From NCBI GenBank assembly GCA_963826525.1, contig CAWGXH010000003.1, positions 128,001 through 192,000 of the forward strand: a stretch of DNA of 64,000 nt, written 5' to 3'. Numbering within the stretch: the first letter of the stretch is position 1; every line of letters begins with the position of its first letter. The notes under the pieces are model-generated. The model worked only from the letters and a program-made list of their open reading frames with translations, ran no database searches and was not told the origin of the DNA. The translations under genes and the position numbers were made by a program. The DNA comes from an uncultured Methanomicrobiaceae archaeon (lineage in GTDB: Archaea > Halobacteriota > Methanomicrobia > Methanomicrobiales > Methanoculleaceae). Positions 1 to 11,115 of the stretch are shown here, piece by piece.

Positions 1-954
1 CATGGCGATGAAGCCCATCGAGGTCGCCCCCATGGCGATGAGGATGGAAGGGCCGGCGTTCGTGATCGCCGCCCGGACCGCCCCGGCAAGCGGCATCTGC
101 TGGGCTCCCTCGTCGAGCCGTGAGTGGAACTGGATGGCATAGTCGATCCCGATTCCGATGAGCACCGGAAAGGCGGCGATCACGGTCATGCTGATGTGAA
201 TCCCGATGATACCCATGATCCCGAAGGTCAGGATCAGCCCGACCGCGACGACGGCCACCGGCAGCAGGCGGTAGCGGACGTGGGAGAAGAGCAGCATCAC
301 GGCGAGCACCATGAGGAGCATGGCGACCGCGATCAGCATTCCCATCGACGAACCCATCTCCTCCTTCATCTCCGCCTGGAACGCAGGACTGCCGGAGACC
401 GTCACGCTGACTCCCGGCGGCGGCTCGGAGAGGCTGATGAGCGTCTTGAGCCCGGCGAGCACCTGACTCTGGGTGTCGCTCGAGACCCCCGGTTCGAGCG
501 TGATCGCGGTGATGGTCATCAGCTGGGACGGCATGTAGCGCATGCGCAGGTCATCGGGGACATTTGCTTCGATCTCCGTGATCTCCGCCTGGGACGACGG
601 CACCGCTCCGCCGTTAGCAGCCTTCATCAGGGTCACGATGCCCGAGACGCCCGCCACGTAGCGCTCGCTTCGGATATCCTCCTCGAGGAAGTCGATATAG
701 GCAAGGACGTCGGGACTGATGACGTCATCGGCCTCGAAGATGATCATGATGGCATCGGAGCCGTAGGTCTCCTTGTAGTGGTTGAGCAGGGCACCTCGAG
801 AGGTGGTCTCGTCGACGTAGGTACCGTCGCCGGTCTCCATCGAGACCATCGTCATGCCGAAGAGCGCGACGATGAAGACAAAGGCGAAGACGCCCGCGAC
901 GGCAAATGGGCGCGCGGCGATGGCATCCGCGAGAACTTCGAATGGGGATCTCAT
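1..954 (-). CDS. RND/MMPL (HAE3-type) transporter, N-terminal part (runs off window)
   Basis: Not in the ORF track; translated by hand: MRSPFEVLADAIAARPFAVAGVFAFVFIVALFGMTMVSMETG... with GIGIDYAIQFHSR and AITNAGPSILIAMGATSMGFIAM, typical MMPL transmembrane motifs. Confidence 0.85.
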   Translation of the reverse strand, partial: MRSPFEVLADAIAARPFAVAGVFAFVFIVALFGMTMVSMETGDGTYVDETTSRGALLNHYKETYGSDAIMIIFEADDVISPDVLAYIDFLEEDIRSERYVAGVSGIVTLMKAANGGAVPSSQAEITEIEANVPDDLRMRYMPSQLMTITAITLEPGVSSDTQSQVLAGLKTLISLSEPPPGVSVTVSGSPAFQAEMKEEMGSSMGMLIAVAMLLMVLAVMLLFSHVRYRLLPVAVVAVGLILTFGIMGIIGIHISMTVIAAFPVLIGIGIDYAIQFHSRLDEGAQQMPLAGAVRAAITNAGPSILIAMGATSMGFIAM

Positions 955-1002
955 TGTCTCCTCTTCCGTGGACGTGTGGTCGATCCGGGAGATAGGAACA
1001 CT

Positions 1003-1392
1003 TTAGGCACCCGCCCCGTACTCGCCGATGACGACCATTGTCACGTCCCGGGCGATCGCCTCATCGCTCCGCCGGGCGGTGGGAAGGCCGTAATCGGCAG
1101 CGATCCGCCGGAGACGGGCAGGATCCTGGATGGTGTAGTCCCCTCCGTATCCGGACGTCTCCAGGTACCACGATACGAGCAGGGCGACGGTCCCCGCATC
1201 GATCTCGTCCTCCATCATGCTGTAGTGCAGCAGATCGACGATGCACCGGTGGATCCGCGGGGGGAGGAACCCTGCCTCGGTCCATATCCGGGATGTCGCA
1301 AAACCCTCGTCACCACGTGACCGGAACGCGAGGGGGAGCGATGTCTCCCCGGGAAGTGCGGCATGGGTCTCTGAGGTATGTGAAAGAATCAT
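1003..1392 (-). CDS. Hypothetical protein; C-terminus resembles a helical segment of Ni-CO dehydrogenase CooS
   Basis: ORF from MILSHTSE; ends GDYTIQDPARLRRIAADYGLPTARRSDEAIARDVTMVVIGEYG. Start uncertain. Confidence 0.45.
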   Translation of the reverse strand: MILSHTSETHAALPGETSLPLAFRSRGDEGFATSRIWTEAGFLPPRIHRCIVDLLHYSMMEDEIDAGTVALLVSWYLETSGYGGDYTIQDPARLRRIAADYGLPTARRSDEAIARDVTMVVIGEYGAGA

Positions 1393-1444
1393 GGCAAACA
1401 CCGAACTCGTGAGGACAGGTCGACGGGATCTGGTGATATAGGTG

Positions 1445-1671
1445 ATGCAACTGCAAAAGGGAGCAATCACGGGACACCCGCTCCCGGACTGCTTTTGAGG
1501 TGGATCCCTTTGGATGGATGGCGCTGACACGGTATTACCTTTCCAGCCACCATTGGAGACGGATCTCATCACCTACTGGTTTATGATGGGGATAGGCATG
1601 ATGATCGGTTTTTAACCCGCTATCCGGTGAACTGGTGGCTGGTGAAGAGAGGCGTCAAGGAACGGATGTGA
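1445..1671 (+). pseudogene. DUF4396-like membrane protein, C-terminal remnant
   Basis: Hand translation across one shift: TAFEVDPFGWMALTRYYL/QPPLETDLITYWFMMGIGMMIGFLTRYPVNWWLVKRGVKERM*; the N-terminal part is absent. Confidence 0.65.
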
Positions 1672-1807
1672 ACGGACGGGAGAATGCTGATGCCGCCGAT
1701 CAACCGGCGTGGGTTGTATTGATTCATTGGGATGGTACTCGACCTCCGCGGCAGGGTGGATATCCGGGAGGATAACATTATCTGCACTGAGATGATTAGG
1801 GCACCCG

Positions 1808-2221
1808 GTGATCGGTATGATCGGAGAAATGGTTGGAGAATTGACAGGTAACGTGGTCGGGAAGCGTCTTAGCCGCCATTACGGAGGAGACCTGAAGATC
1901 GAGAGGACCATGGAGTCGAAAGGAAAGATCCTCGACACTGACGTGACCCTTATGGCCACATTCTGGTCGAAGGAGAGGCCTCAGGGCGGCATGTTCTCGA
2001 AGGGCAACGGGCTCATGATGACCAAAACCGGTGAAAAGGCCGTGCTGCACGGGTCAGGAATCAGTGTTCAGGGAAAAGGTCCCGGGTGGAGTATGCGAGG
2101 AATCCGGTATCTGCAGACATCCTCCCCCGCCCTGAGCCGGCTCAATGGTGTGGCACTGGTCTTCGAGATCGAGATCGATCCTGACGGAAAGGTCCATGAC
2201 AAGATGTGGGAGTGGAAATAA
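1808..2221 (+). CDS. Conserved hypothetical protein (beta-rich, ~135 aa)
   Basis: Clean ORF with natural composition ending DGKVHDKMWEWK. Confidence 0.7.
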   Translation: MIGMIGEMVGELTGNVVGKRLSRHYGGDLKIERTMESKGKILDTDVTLMATFWSKERPQGGMFSKGNGLMMTKTGEKAVLHGSGISVQGKGPGWSMRGIRYLQTSSPALSRLNGVALVFEIEIDPDGKVHDKMWEWK

Positions 2222-2600
2222 ATTCCTCTTCAGGGCGGCATCGAAAGACCGAAGGGCTTTCATCTGCGATACCTGGGGCATCGCGACAGGGTGCGCTCCG
2301 GAGGAACCGGCATCCATTCCTGGAAGGCATCCGGCCGGGGATATCCTTTACACAATTATTTCCTTCCCTCACCATTTCAGCGTGGGATCCCCTCTTTTCA
2401 CGCTGCGAGTGACGCCGCCGTTGCTTGATGCGGTTCTACGGCGTAGTTTATTCTCTGATACGTGAGGATTTTCGGTTTGAAATTTCGTGGAATCTTTGAA
2501 TAATATCAATTTTCATTTTCAAACATCTATTGTTAAAACTGAAAAAGAGCGATAATTCGGCCAATTGTCAGGTCGGAGTGAGGGTGTCGCCCCGCCCTGA

Positions 2601-3689
2601 TCACCTGACCGGCGGCGCGTCGGCCCCCCTGCTCTCTGCCGGGGGCTTTTGCTCGTCTGCAAAGAGGTGGTCGACGCCCAGGATCGTGTTCACCCATGCC
2701 CAGTCGTCGCTGAACCCGGCGATCATCAGGACGATGAGCGTGAGCGGAACGGCAAAGATCATCCCGGCAACCCCGAGAGCCCATCCCCAGAAGATGACCG
2801 AGAGGATGACCACGAGGGCGGGAATCTCAAAACGCCTCGATGCGAAGTGCGCAAAGATTGGGTTCTCCACCAGTGCATTCAGGACAACGACAGCCGCAAC
2901 GACTGCGACCGCACCCCAGAGTCCGAACTGCAGCCAGGCGAAGAAGATCGCCGGAAGTGCCGCGACGATCAGGCCGATGTATGGGATGTATGCGAGCAGG
3001 AACGTCAGAACTCCCCAGAGAACTGCTGCATGCACCCCCGTAACCCAGAGGAACGCACCGAAGAGGAAGCCGTGGACGAGGTTCGCCTCGGTTCTGACGA
3101 TGACGAATTCAATCAGAAACCTACCCATACGGGAGAACGCCTCGACGCTCTCGGCTCTGTGTCCCGCCACCCTCTGTATGCGTCCCGGAACATGCGGCAC
3201 CTCGAGGAGCATGAAGATCGTCGTCACCGCTATGAAGAAGAGGTAGAGGAGAAGATCCGCAAGGCTCATGGCGGACGAAGAGAGGACTCCGGCAAACCGT
3301 TGCAGGTCGACCGAGGACGGGGAGATAGACCCCGTGTTGATCCCGAACCTGTCCAGGATGGCGAGGATCTCGGAGAGCCTGGCGGTCAGCTCCTGCTGGT
3401 AGAGAGGGAGATCGGAGACCAGGCGCTCGAATGAGAAGAAGACGAGATAGCAGATCAGCAGGATCGCGAGACAGGCGATGACGGTGACCACACCGACAGC
3501 GGCGATCTCCGGCAGACCCCTCGACCGGAGCGCTTTCGTCGCGGGGTACACGAGCATGGCGAGGATCAGCGCGACGACGACGATAGTGATGAGATACGAG
3601 ATCAACTGGAGTCCGATGATAAGAAAGACCACCGCCGCAAGCAGGAGTACGGTACTGAGAGACCGGGGAAGAACTGGAGCGTCTGCCAT
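2601..3689 (-). CDS. AI-2E family transporter
   Basis: 362 aa, multi-TM, with LAYIPYIG, ENPIFAHF and FWGWALGVAGMIFAVPLT motifs. Confidence 0.9.
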   Translation of the reverse strand: MADAPVLPRSLSTVLLLAAVVFLIIGLQLISYLITIVVVALILAMLVYPATKALRSRGLPEIAAVGVVTVIACLAILLICYLVFFSFERLVSDLPLYQQELTARLSEILAILDRFGINTGSISPSSVDLQRFAGVLSSSAMSLADLLLYLFFIAVTTIFMLLEVPHVPGRIQRVAGHRAESVEAFSRMGRFLIEFVIVRTEANLVHGFLFGAFLWVTGVHAAVLWGVLTFLLAYIPYIGLIVAALPAIFFAWLQFGLWGAVAVVAAVVVLNALVENPIFAHFASRRFEIPALVVILSVIFWGWALGVAGMIFAVPLTLIVLMIAGFSDDWAWVNTILGVDHLFADEQKPPAESRGADAPPVR

Positions 3690-4147
3690 CCTGAGTGACG
3701 TGTTTTAACGGCAACTATATTAATGCCGCGAAATGTGCCGGAGAAGGACTTTCTGGAAAAATGGTCTCTTCAGGTGCTCCATTTCTGCTGTAAATCCCTC
3801 ATATGCCTGCTGCTGCACCCGGGTCATCCCGTGGGAGTACGGGAGCGGCGTGCAGTTCCTGCGATACATGCTTGTGATTCGCTTTCTGGTGTAGGTATGA
3901 GGTGTAATGCTCGGAGAGGCGTCCGCATCGGGTTCTGCACCGGGACGGCAGATTGGGTGAGGCCAGCTCCCCTATCCCGAAAACAGGCATCCGGTGCCGA
4001 TTGCGCGGAGAAAGGCGATGGATCCTGCGGCTGATCGATCGGGAGCCGTCCGATCAAAATCGGTTCAAGTCCCTGTGTAAGCGCAAGGCCTTGAATGGTA
4101 TTCAATAATTTTCCCGGAATTACCTGGTATCAGCAACAGACAATTCG

Positions 4148-4163
4148 TTATATTTTTAAATAA
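4148..4163 (+). promoter_or_regulatory. Probable archaeal TATA-box region of the dipeptidase gene
   Basis: AT-only stretch TTATATTTTTAAATAA about 20-35 bp upstream of ATG 4183 in a GC-rich background. Confidence 0.5.
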
Positions 4164-4182
4164 CGGCTGTTTTTCTTTCTGT

Positions 4183-6005
4183 ATGCGAAAACGCATCGAC
4201 AGAACTGAGATTTTTACGAAGCAGCCTCGCCCTGTTCGTCGCACTCCTGTTTGTGTCAACGAATGCACTGGCATGCACGACCTTTGCGATAACGCCTGGT
4301 GCATCCGAAGACGGATCGATGTACGTCGGGCATACGAATGACGGCGTCGGAAAAGACTGGAGAGCAGATCGACGACATAAGCCTTCTCTACGTCCCTGCG
4401 GCCGACCATGCGCCCGGAGAGAAAAGGCCGGTGCTGTACGACCCAAACAGCGGTTCGGATGCGGCAGGAGGGAAGAGAGGCGGGAATTCAAGTCTGATTC
4501 TCGGGTATATCGACCAGGTGCCGCACACCTACGCGTACTATACCGGATCATACGGCATGATGAACGAACACCAGCTGCTCTCCGGCGAGTGCACCGATTA
4601 TGCGAAGGTCGAGCTTGGCCCGGAATCGGGGAAACGGATCTTCTACTCCTCGGAGCTCTCGGATGTGGCGCTTGCGCGGTGCACGAAAGCACGGGAAGCG
4701 GTCGAACTGGTCGGTAGTCTGATCGACACCTACGGCTATTACGGAACCGGCGAGACGCTCATCTTCGCCGACCCGGAGGAGGCATGGGTCATCGAGATGT
4801 GCTCGAGCCTCGATGAGGAGGACGGCGGCGGTCTCTGGGTCGCGCAGAAGATCCCCGACAGCGAGGTCTTTGTTGCGGCAAACGAGTTCCGGATCCGCGA
4901 GATCGTTCCCGGAAACCCTGACCAGCTCTACTCGAAGGCTCTCTTCAGCAAGCTCGAGAAGGCGGGCATGTGGTCTCCTGCAGACGGCACCCTCGACTGG
5001 CTCGAGGCGGTCAGCTACGGTGAATATTCGCATCCCTACTACTCCCTGATGCGTGTTTGGCGTATCCAGGATACGCTCGCGCCGTCGCTCAACCTGAGCC
5101 CGTACATTGAGAGTTCATATACGAAGGCGTTTCCGTTCACCGTTACGCCCGACGAAAAGGTCAATCTCACGGAGGCATTCTCCCTCTTCCGGGATCACTA
5201 CGAGGGAACCGACTTCGACCTCTCCACCGGCGTTGCCGCGGGGCCGTTCGGGAACCCGTACCGCTACTTAGGGCCTGCCGATGCCCACACGGATTTCCAG
5301 AACGAATCGTACGAGCAGGTCCGTCCCGGGGCGAACCCGCGGCCGATCTCGGCAGTCTTCTGCAGTTACAGTTACGTTGCCGAGGCACGCTCGTCCCTCC
5401 CCGACCCGGTAGGAGGAGTGCTCTGGTTCGGTCCTGCGGTCGCATACGAGACGGTCTACGCGCCGATGTACGCGGGCTCCGATGACGTATCCGCCGCATA
5501 CACAACCGGCGACCGGCTGCAGTATGATTATAACAGTGCATACTGGACGTTCGATCTCGTAACGAACTGGGCCATGCTTCGCTACGATGCAATGATCGGC
5601 GCAATCACCGCAAAACAGGGCGAACTTGAGGCTGGATCGATAGCACTTGTGCAGGAGACCGACAGACAGGCGGTCGAGTTCATCAACGCCGGTGACGAGG
5701 AAGGGGCGGCACGTCTCCTCACGAACTTCACCGTCACGCGGAGCGATGAGATCCTCGACGAGTGGCACGATCTCACGGGTACGCTGATCGTCATGTACTC
5801 GAACGGCCTTATTACCGACCCGGTGACGGAAGCGGTCGATGAGCCCGGATATCCGGCATGGTGGCTTGCCGATGCTGACTACCAGTACGGGCCGCGGGTC
5901 TACGAACTCGATGAACTCCGCGCCACCGGCGGGCTGAACTATACGGGTAGCACTGTCTGGGTCCCGAAGAACGCAACGTTCGCCGAGATCCGGGAACTCA
6001 TCTGA
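4183..6005 (+). CDS. Secreted C69-family (Ntn-hydrolase) dipeptidase; frameshifts near 4212 and 4355
   Basis: Signal peptide ...SSLALFVALLFVSTNALA/CTTFAITPGASEDGSMYVGHTND (N-terminal Cys nucleophile), then MNEHQL, GETLIFADPEEAWVIE and RDHYEGTDFD. Confidence 0.85.
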
Positions 6006-6007
6006 AC

Positions 6008-6021
6008 ATATCTTTTTTTGT
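6008..6021 (+). terminator. Oligo-T archaeal terminator candidate
   Basis: T-run (ATCTTTTTTTGT) immediately after the stop codon at 6005. Confidence 0.4.
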
Positions 6022-6117
6022 GGATCTCCGGTTAGCCGGTTCTCCCCCTCTCCTGCCGTACCAGGGTTCCTGCGCCCGGTGCAAACGCTAAAATGTCATT
6101 CTGAATCATCTATCTGT

Positions 6118-7072
6118 ATGGATTACCAGGCGGTCAGGCGGCGGGTCTGCGAGATACTTGACTGCACGTGAAGGGTGATCGGGCGGTCAGGCGGCGGGTC
6201 TATGAGATACTTGAGCCCGCACGTGAAGGTGACCGGGCAAGCTACGCCTTTGACATCTTCATCACGATCGTGATCGTGCTGAACATCGCGACCATGATCT
6301 TCCTCTCCGTCCGGGGAGTGCGTGACTATCCGGAGGTTGCCCTCATGCTCATCCTGCTTGCGGGTCTGACGCTGTTCATCTTCATCGTCAAGTATATCCT
6401 CCGGCTCTGGTCGTGCGTCGAAGACCCGGCCTACCATAAAAGCCCGTCCTCGGGAGGCTCCGGTGGGCACGGACACCCTACGCCCTGATCGATCTCGTCG
6501 TCATCCTCCCCTATTTCCTGCTGTTCTTCTTCGGATTCAATCTCACCGGGCTTGTCATCCTGCGTGTCTTCCGGCTTTTCAAGATCGTGCGCTACTCCGA
6601 CTCCATCTCCCTCATCATCCGGGTGATCAGAGCCGAGAAAGACACCCTGATCACGACCTATGTGGTCCTCTTCATCGTTCTGATCGCCGCCGCGACCCTG
6701 ATGTACCAGGTTGAGTATCCCGCCCAGCCGGAGACCTTCTCCGATATTCCGGCAACGATGTGGTGGGGGATTATCGCCCTCACCACCACCGGCTACGGCG
6801 ATATGGTCCCGATAACGCCGGCGGGCAAGCTGCTCGGCTCCGTCATCGCCCTGATCGGGATCGGCATCTTCGCCCTCCCCGCCGGCATTCTCGCCTCCGA
6901 TTTTTCAAAGGTGCTTGCCCGGAAGACGGGTGACGAGGTATACCTCTGCCCTCACTGCAGGCAGGAAGTGAAACAGAGCGAGGCTGTGGAGAAAGCGGGA
7001 GTGAACAAAAAAGAACGATTCTATGGTTGGGCTGCACACGACTGCGGCAGCTGCCATGGCAGAGTGGCCTGA
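6118..7072 (+). CDS. Voltage-gated-type potassium channel (ion transporter), disrupted at the 5' end and near 6440
   Basis: S4-like LRVFRLFKIVRY, pore WWGIIALTTTGYGD, C-terminal CPHC; pieces in ORFs 6168..6488 and 6587..7072. Confidence 0.85.
6129..6238 (+). repeat. Imperfect ~53-bp tandem duplication
   Basis: GGCGGTCAGGCGGCGGGTCT(GC/AT)GAGATACTTGA...GCACGTGAAGG..TGA.CGGGC occurs at 6129 and again at 6182. Confidence 0.9.
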
Positions 7073-7117
7073 TTCCGTTCCCGGTAAAAGGGGCATCGGC
7101 AGTTGCCGCCAGGCCGC

Positions 7118-7549
7118 TCATCGTGCCGGCGGGGCTGCCCGTGCCTCTGCTTCACGCCGTTCCCGCTCCGGACGTACGGCAAGCTGGACCACGGAGAGAA
7201 TATTTCCCTCGGTGTCCTTGAACCACGCACCCTTCTCCCCGCCGAGGGTCGCAATGCTCCCTTCCGTCTTCAGCCCCGGCATATCGTACTCTTCGAACGT
7301 GATTCCTTTCCTCTTCAGTTCCTTCACTTCCGCCTCGATATCGTCGACGGAGAAACTGACCGCCGTATTATCGGCCTTCGTCGGCGCACGCGAGTAGAGG
7401 AGGAGCATCGTCCCTCCTCCGGCTTCGTAGAGCACTCCGCTGTCCCGCACTTCACTGAGCTTCAGGCCGAGTTTCTCCTCGTAGAATCTTCGTGCCCGCT
7501 CCATGTCGACCACGGGCAGTGTGGGCACCACTATCGCATTGGTTAACAT
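7118..7549 (-). CDS. VOC/glyoxalase family protein
   Basis: LPVVDMERARRFYEEKLG, FSVDDIEAEV and AWFKDTEGN motifs. Confidence 0.9.
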   Translation of the reverse strand: MLTNAIVVPTLPVVDMERARRFYEEKLGLKLSEVRDSGVLYEAGGGTMLLLYSRAPTKADNTAVSFSVDDIEAEVKELKRKGITFEEYDMPGLKTEGSIATLGGEKGAWFKDTEGNILSVVQLAVRPERERREAEARAAPPAR

Positions 7550-7786
7550 ACGTCATACCTCCGGGTGCCGGGCACCTGATGGTACCGGGCGGAGCAGGGT
7601 AGCCGGACGTGTATATGTACCTTCCTGCTAAGGGAGAAAACGCGGTATGCCACGCGAACTTCGTCGGGCGACGTAAGGTACACGGAATTTCACGGAAATC
7701 GCACTGCCGGGGGGATGCTTCTGCCCGGGCATAACGCTATATGCAGTGAATCCGGATGGGATGCACCCCCTGATGGAGAGAGGTGC

Positions 7787-8545
7787 ATGAGAAGTGTCGT
7801 ATTATTAGCATCGGTGGCCGTCCTGCTCATGCTCGCCGGGTGCGTCAGCCCAAGCGAAGGAAGCAACGGCGGGTCGCAGAATGGGACGACGGTGAACATC
7901 GAGAGTGGCGGCCGGACCTACCCGGCCTACATCGCGGCGCCGGATGAAAACGGGACGTACCCGGCGGTGGTGCTGATCCACTCTTTCAACGGGCTTGAAC
8001 CCGGCTACCGGGAGATAGTCGACCGCTTTGCCGGAGAAGGTTTTGTCGTCATCGCCCCCGAGTGGCAGACCTATGCACAATCGCCGGAGGACAATGTGAC
8101 GGAAGCGCTGATCCGGGATACGATCGCCTACCTCGAGACCCGTCCCGATGTCAACGAGAGCAGCCTCGGTCTGACGGGTTTCTGCGCAGGCGGGCGCTAC
8201 ACCATGCTCTTCCTGCCCCGGATTGAGGAGTTCAGATCGGCTGTGGCCTGGTACGGCTTCCCCTACTCCGGGGGACAGGCGAACGGCACCTCTCCGGCGG
8301 ACCTCATCAATGCGATCGAGGATCCGATGCTGATCATCCACGGCACGGCTGATCAGGCAAGCCCGGTGGCCGATATCTACCGGTATGCGACCGATCTCGA
8401 TGCGGCCGGCAAGTACTTCGAGCTCAAGGTCTACCAGGGCGAGCCGCACGGGTTCATGGTCCAGGATGGGCAGTTCTCGGAGAGTTTCGTCGCCCGGGAC
8501 GCCTACGGGGAGATGGTGACGTTCTTCAACCGGACGCTCGGATGA
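7787..8545 (+). CDS. Dienelactone hydrolase family lipoprotein
   Basis: Lipobox LAGC; GFCAGG nucleophile, HGTAD and PHGF. Confidence 0.9.
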   Translation: MRSVVLLASVAVLLMLAGCVSPSEGSNGGSQNGTTVNIESGGRTYPAYIAAPDENGTYPAVVLIHSFNGLEPGYREIVDRFAGEGFVVIAPEWQTYAQSPEDNVTEALIRDTIAYLETRPDVNESSLGLTGFCAGGRYTMLFLPRIEEFRSAVAWYGFPYSGGQANGTSPADLINAIEDPMLIIHGTADQASPVADIYRYATDLDAAGKYFELKVYQGEPHGFMVQDGQFSESFVARDAYGEMVTFFNRTLG

Positions 8546-8635
8546 TCTCCCCATCCGGCCATTTTTCGGATCCCCTACATGAGGGTATTTCGGGCCGTGC
8601 GTTTATTGTAAAACCGGTTTTCAGGTTCAGCTGCC

Positions 8636-9397
8636 TTACGGCGCGCTGCTCCGGGCAATCTTCTTCATCACCTTCTCCCAGTCTTTCGTCGTGAGGAAAC
8701 TCTCCTCCATGAACCCTATCACCTTTTCAAACTTCTTCATGGGGAAGGCCATCGTCAGGGTATCCAGCGGGACACACGGCCGCGCCGAGGGGTCGAACAT
8801 GCCGAGCACGGCTTTTGGGTTCTCGTTCTGCTGCTCGAGCCACGGGTAGTAGAAGATCGAACTGCATCCGGCGCCGAACGGGCAGACGACGCCGTTCGGG
8901 TCGGTCTCGCTGAAGTTTGCAAGCGTGAAGAGGCCGGAGAGCACTTCCGGCCGGGCGAAGAAGACCACGGCGTCCGGGTTGTCCGTATCCGTCAGGCTGT
9001 CCCAGCGTTTGAAGACGATGCTCTTTCCCATCGTGGGTATCCGGACGGTTCTCCAGTCGAGTTCGTCCACGATCTCCGGCGTCTGCTTATAGCGTTCTCC
9101 CTCGATAACCCCGGGCTTGCCGTAGGAGAGGAAGTAGCGGAAATCGGGAAACCGTTCGGCATCGTAACCGAGGTAGAACCTTCCTCCGCGGCACCCGATC
9201 GAGTCCTCGCCGAAGACGAGGCTCGTTCCTTTTCGAACCTTTACGAGATCGCAGACGAAGCATCTCCAGCCCTTCGGGGCAGGGGCTCTCTCCAGCCCTT
9301 CGGTGTTGCCTCCTATCTCGAACGTTATCGGGAGTTCTGCTCCCGGAAAGTATCGCTCCCAGAGTTCGGTGAAGGTATCGCGCAGTGCTGTATCCAT
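8636..9397 (-). CDS. DUF169 domain protein
   Basis: From MDTALRD; CFVC, CRGG, PFGAGC and GMFDPSAR motifs. Confidence 0.8.
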   Translation of the reverse strand: MDTALRDTFTELWERYFPGAELPITFEIGGNTEGLERAPAPKGWRCFVCDLVKVRKGTSLVFGEDSIGCRGGRFYLGYDAERFPDFRYFLSYGKPGVIEGERYKQTPEIVDELDWRTVRIPTMGKSIVFKRWDSLTDTDNPDAVVFFARPEVLSGLFTLANFSETDPNGVVCPFGAGCSSIFYYPWLEQQNENPKAVLGMFDPSARPCVPLDTLTMAFPMKKFEKVIGFMEESFLTTKDWEKVMKKIARSSAP

Positions 9398-9639
9398 ACT
9401 GCCATATTCCGGCACAATAATGAATAATCTTCGGATCTTCTCGGGGACGGGCGGCCAACCGGTCGGCCCTGCTGCAGGACGGGCACTTTGCCGCATGGAG
9501 GGAGCCCGGTTTGTTCACCCAAAACGCTCTTCGGGTACTCTTTACTCCACCCCCTTGAAACAACCTAAAAGGTGAAATATCGGCGTGCTCCACAGTGGCA
9601 GAGTACGCTAATCGACCACGATCATTCGGGGGTTCTGAG

Positions 9640-10040
9640 ATGAAGAAAGGATTTGTAGCAGATATCGAGAAAGAAACTGTAAAGAACACCGATTTCCGCA
9701 GAGTCCTCTATACGGGGAAGTTCAGCCAGCTCGTGCTGATGTGCCTCAAGCCCGGCGAGGAGATCGGCGAGGAGACACACGACGACGTCGACCAGTTCTT
9801 CCGTTTCGAGGAAGGGGAAGGGAAAGTCGTGATCGACGGCGTGGAGCACGCCGTAAAGGACGGCAGCGCCGTGATAGTGCCGAGCGGTGCGAAGCACAAC
9901 GTGCTGAACACGTCAAAGGCGGCAGACCTCAAACTGTACACGATCTACTCGCCGCCCGAGCATCAGGATAAGGTCGTGCGGAAGACCCGGCAGGATGCCA
10001 TGGCCAGGAAGAGCATTTCGACGGGAAGACGACGGAGTAA
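9640..10040 (+). CDS. Cupin domain protein (frameshift near 10007)
   Basis: NTDFRRVLYTG, GEEIGEETH..DQFFRFEEG, HNV, YSPPEH; the natural end EHFDGKTTE* is in another frame. Confidence 0.85.
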
Positions 10041-10313
10041 CGCTTTTCGGCGTCTCTCACGTTTTCGATTTTTCAAGCCCGAGACTTCGGCAAGTCGCCC
10101 GGCCGGTAAACAGCCGATAGCCCGATTCCGCCGGAAAGCCCGCTTTTCAGGGATTATGCAGGCCCTGGAAGGCCGGAGCAACGCCGGGCTCGGCGGTGCG
10201 GCAGAACTTTCAAGTCTCCGCTCACCAGCTCATGTACAGAGTCCCGACGAACGCACCCGCAGCAGACGGGAAACGTGACGGCGATCACATGCCGATCGAC
10301 GGAGCAACAAAAA

Positions 10314-11115
10314 ATGACCGAGCGACTAAGCCCCGCCCCTGATCGAGTTCAAGAACATCACCGTCATCCGGGACGGGAGAACGATCCTCGACTCGCTCTC
10401 GCTCACGGTCGGTGCCGGGGAGCATATCGCCCTGCTCGGGCCGAACGGTGCGGGAAAATCGTCGTTTATCCGGCTGATCACCCGCGAATACTATCCTTCG
10501 TGTTCGGGAGAGGGCGTTACCTCCAGGATCTGGGGGAGTGACCGGTGGCACGTCTTCGATCTCCGATCCCATCTCGGCATCGTCTCAAACGACCTCCAGC
10601 ATATCTTCACCCGGGAGTTATCCGGGAGGGAGGTCGTCCTCTCCGGTTTCTTCTCGAGCGTCGGCCTCTTCTCGCATACGGTGACCTGCGAGATGGAACG
10701 AAAGGCGGATGAGATCCTCGCGTTTCTTGAGATCGAGCATCTCGCGGGCCGCCCGATGACGGAGTTATCCTCGGGCGAAGCACGCAGGCTCCTGATCGGG
10801 CGGGCGCTCGTCCACGACCCGGCCGCCCTCATCCTCGACGAACCGACGAACAGCCTCGACCTGCACGCGCTCCACACCTTCCGAAAGACCATACGGAAGA
10901 TTGCACGGTCGGGGACCGGGATCATCCTCGTGACTCATAACCTCCATGATATCATCCCGGAGGTCTCCCGGATCATTCTGATGAAGGACGGCCGATTCTG
11001 GAAAGACGGCCCAAAAGCGGAGATGCTGACCGATGAGAATATCGGCGGGCTCTTTAGAGTGCCGGTGTGCGTGAAGGAGGAAGAGGATGGCTACTACTAT
11101 GCGACGGGGTACTGA
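10314..11115 (+). CDS. ABC transporter ATP-binding protein (ModF-like); frameshift near 10330
   Basis: Walker A GPNGAGKS (hand-translated 10438-10461), signature LSSGE, Walker B ILDEP, VTH. Confidence 0.85.

Noticed and set aside
124-1320. 398-aa plus-strand ORF, and similar long antisense ORFs (30135..32567, 38974..40128, 27651..28646)
   Set aside because: Shadow frames of GC-rich genes on the opposite strand; H/R/D-biased composition and no motifs.
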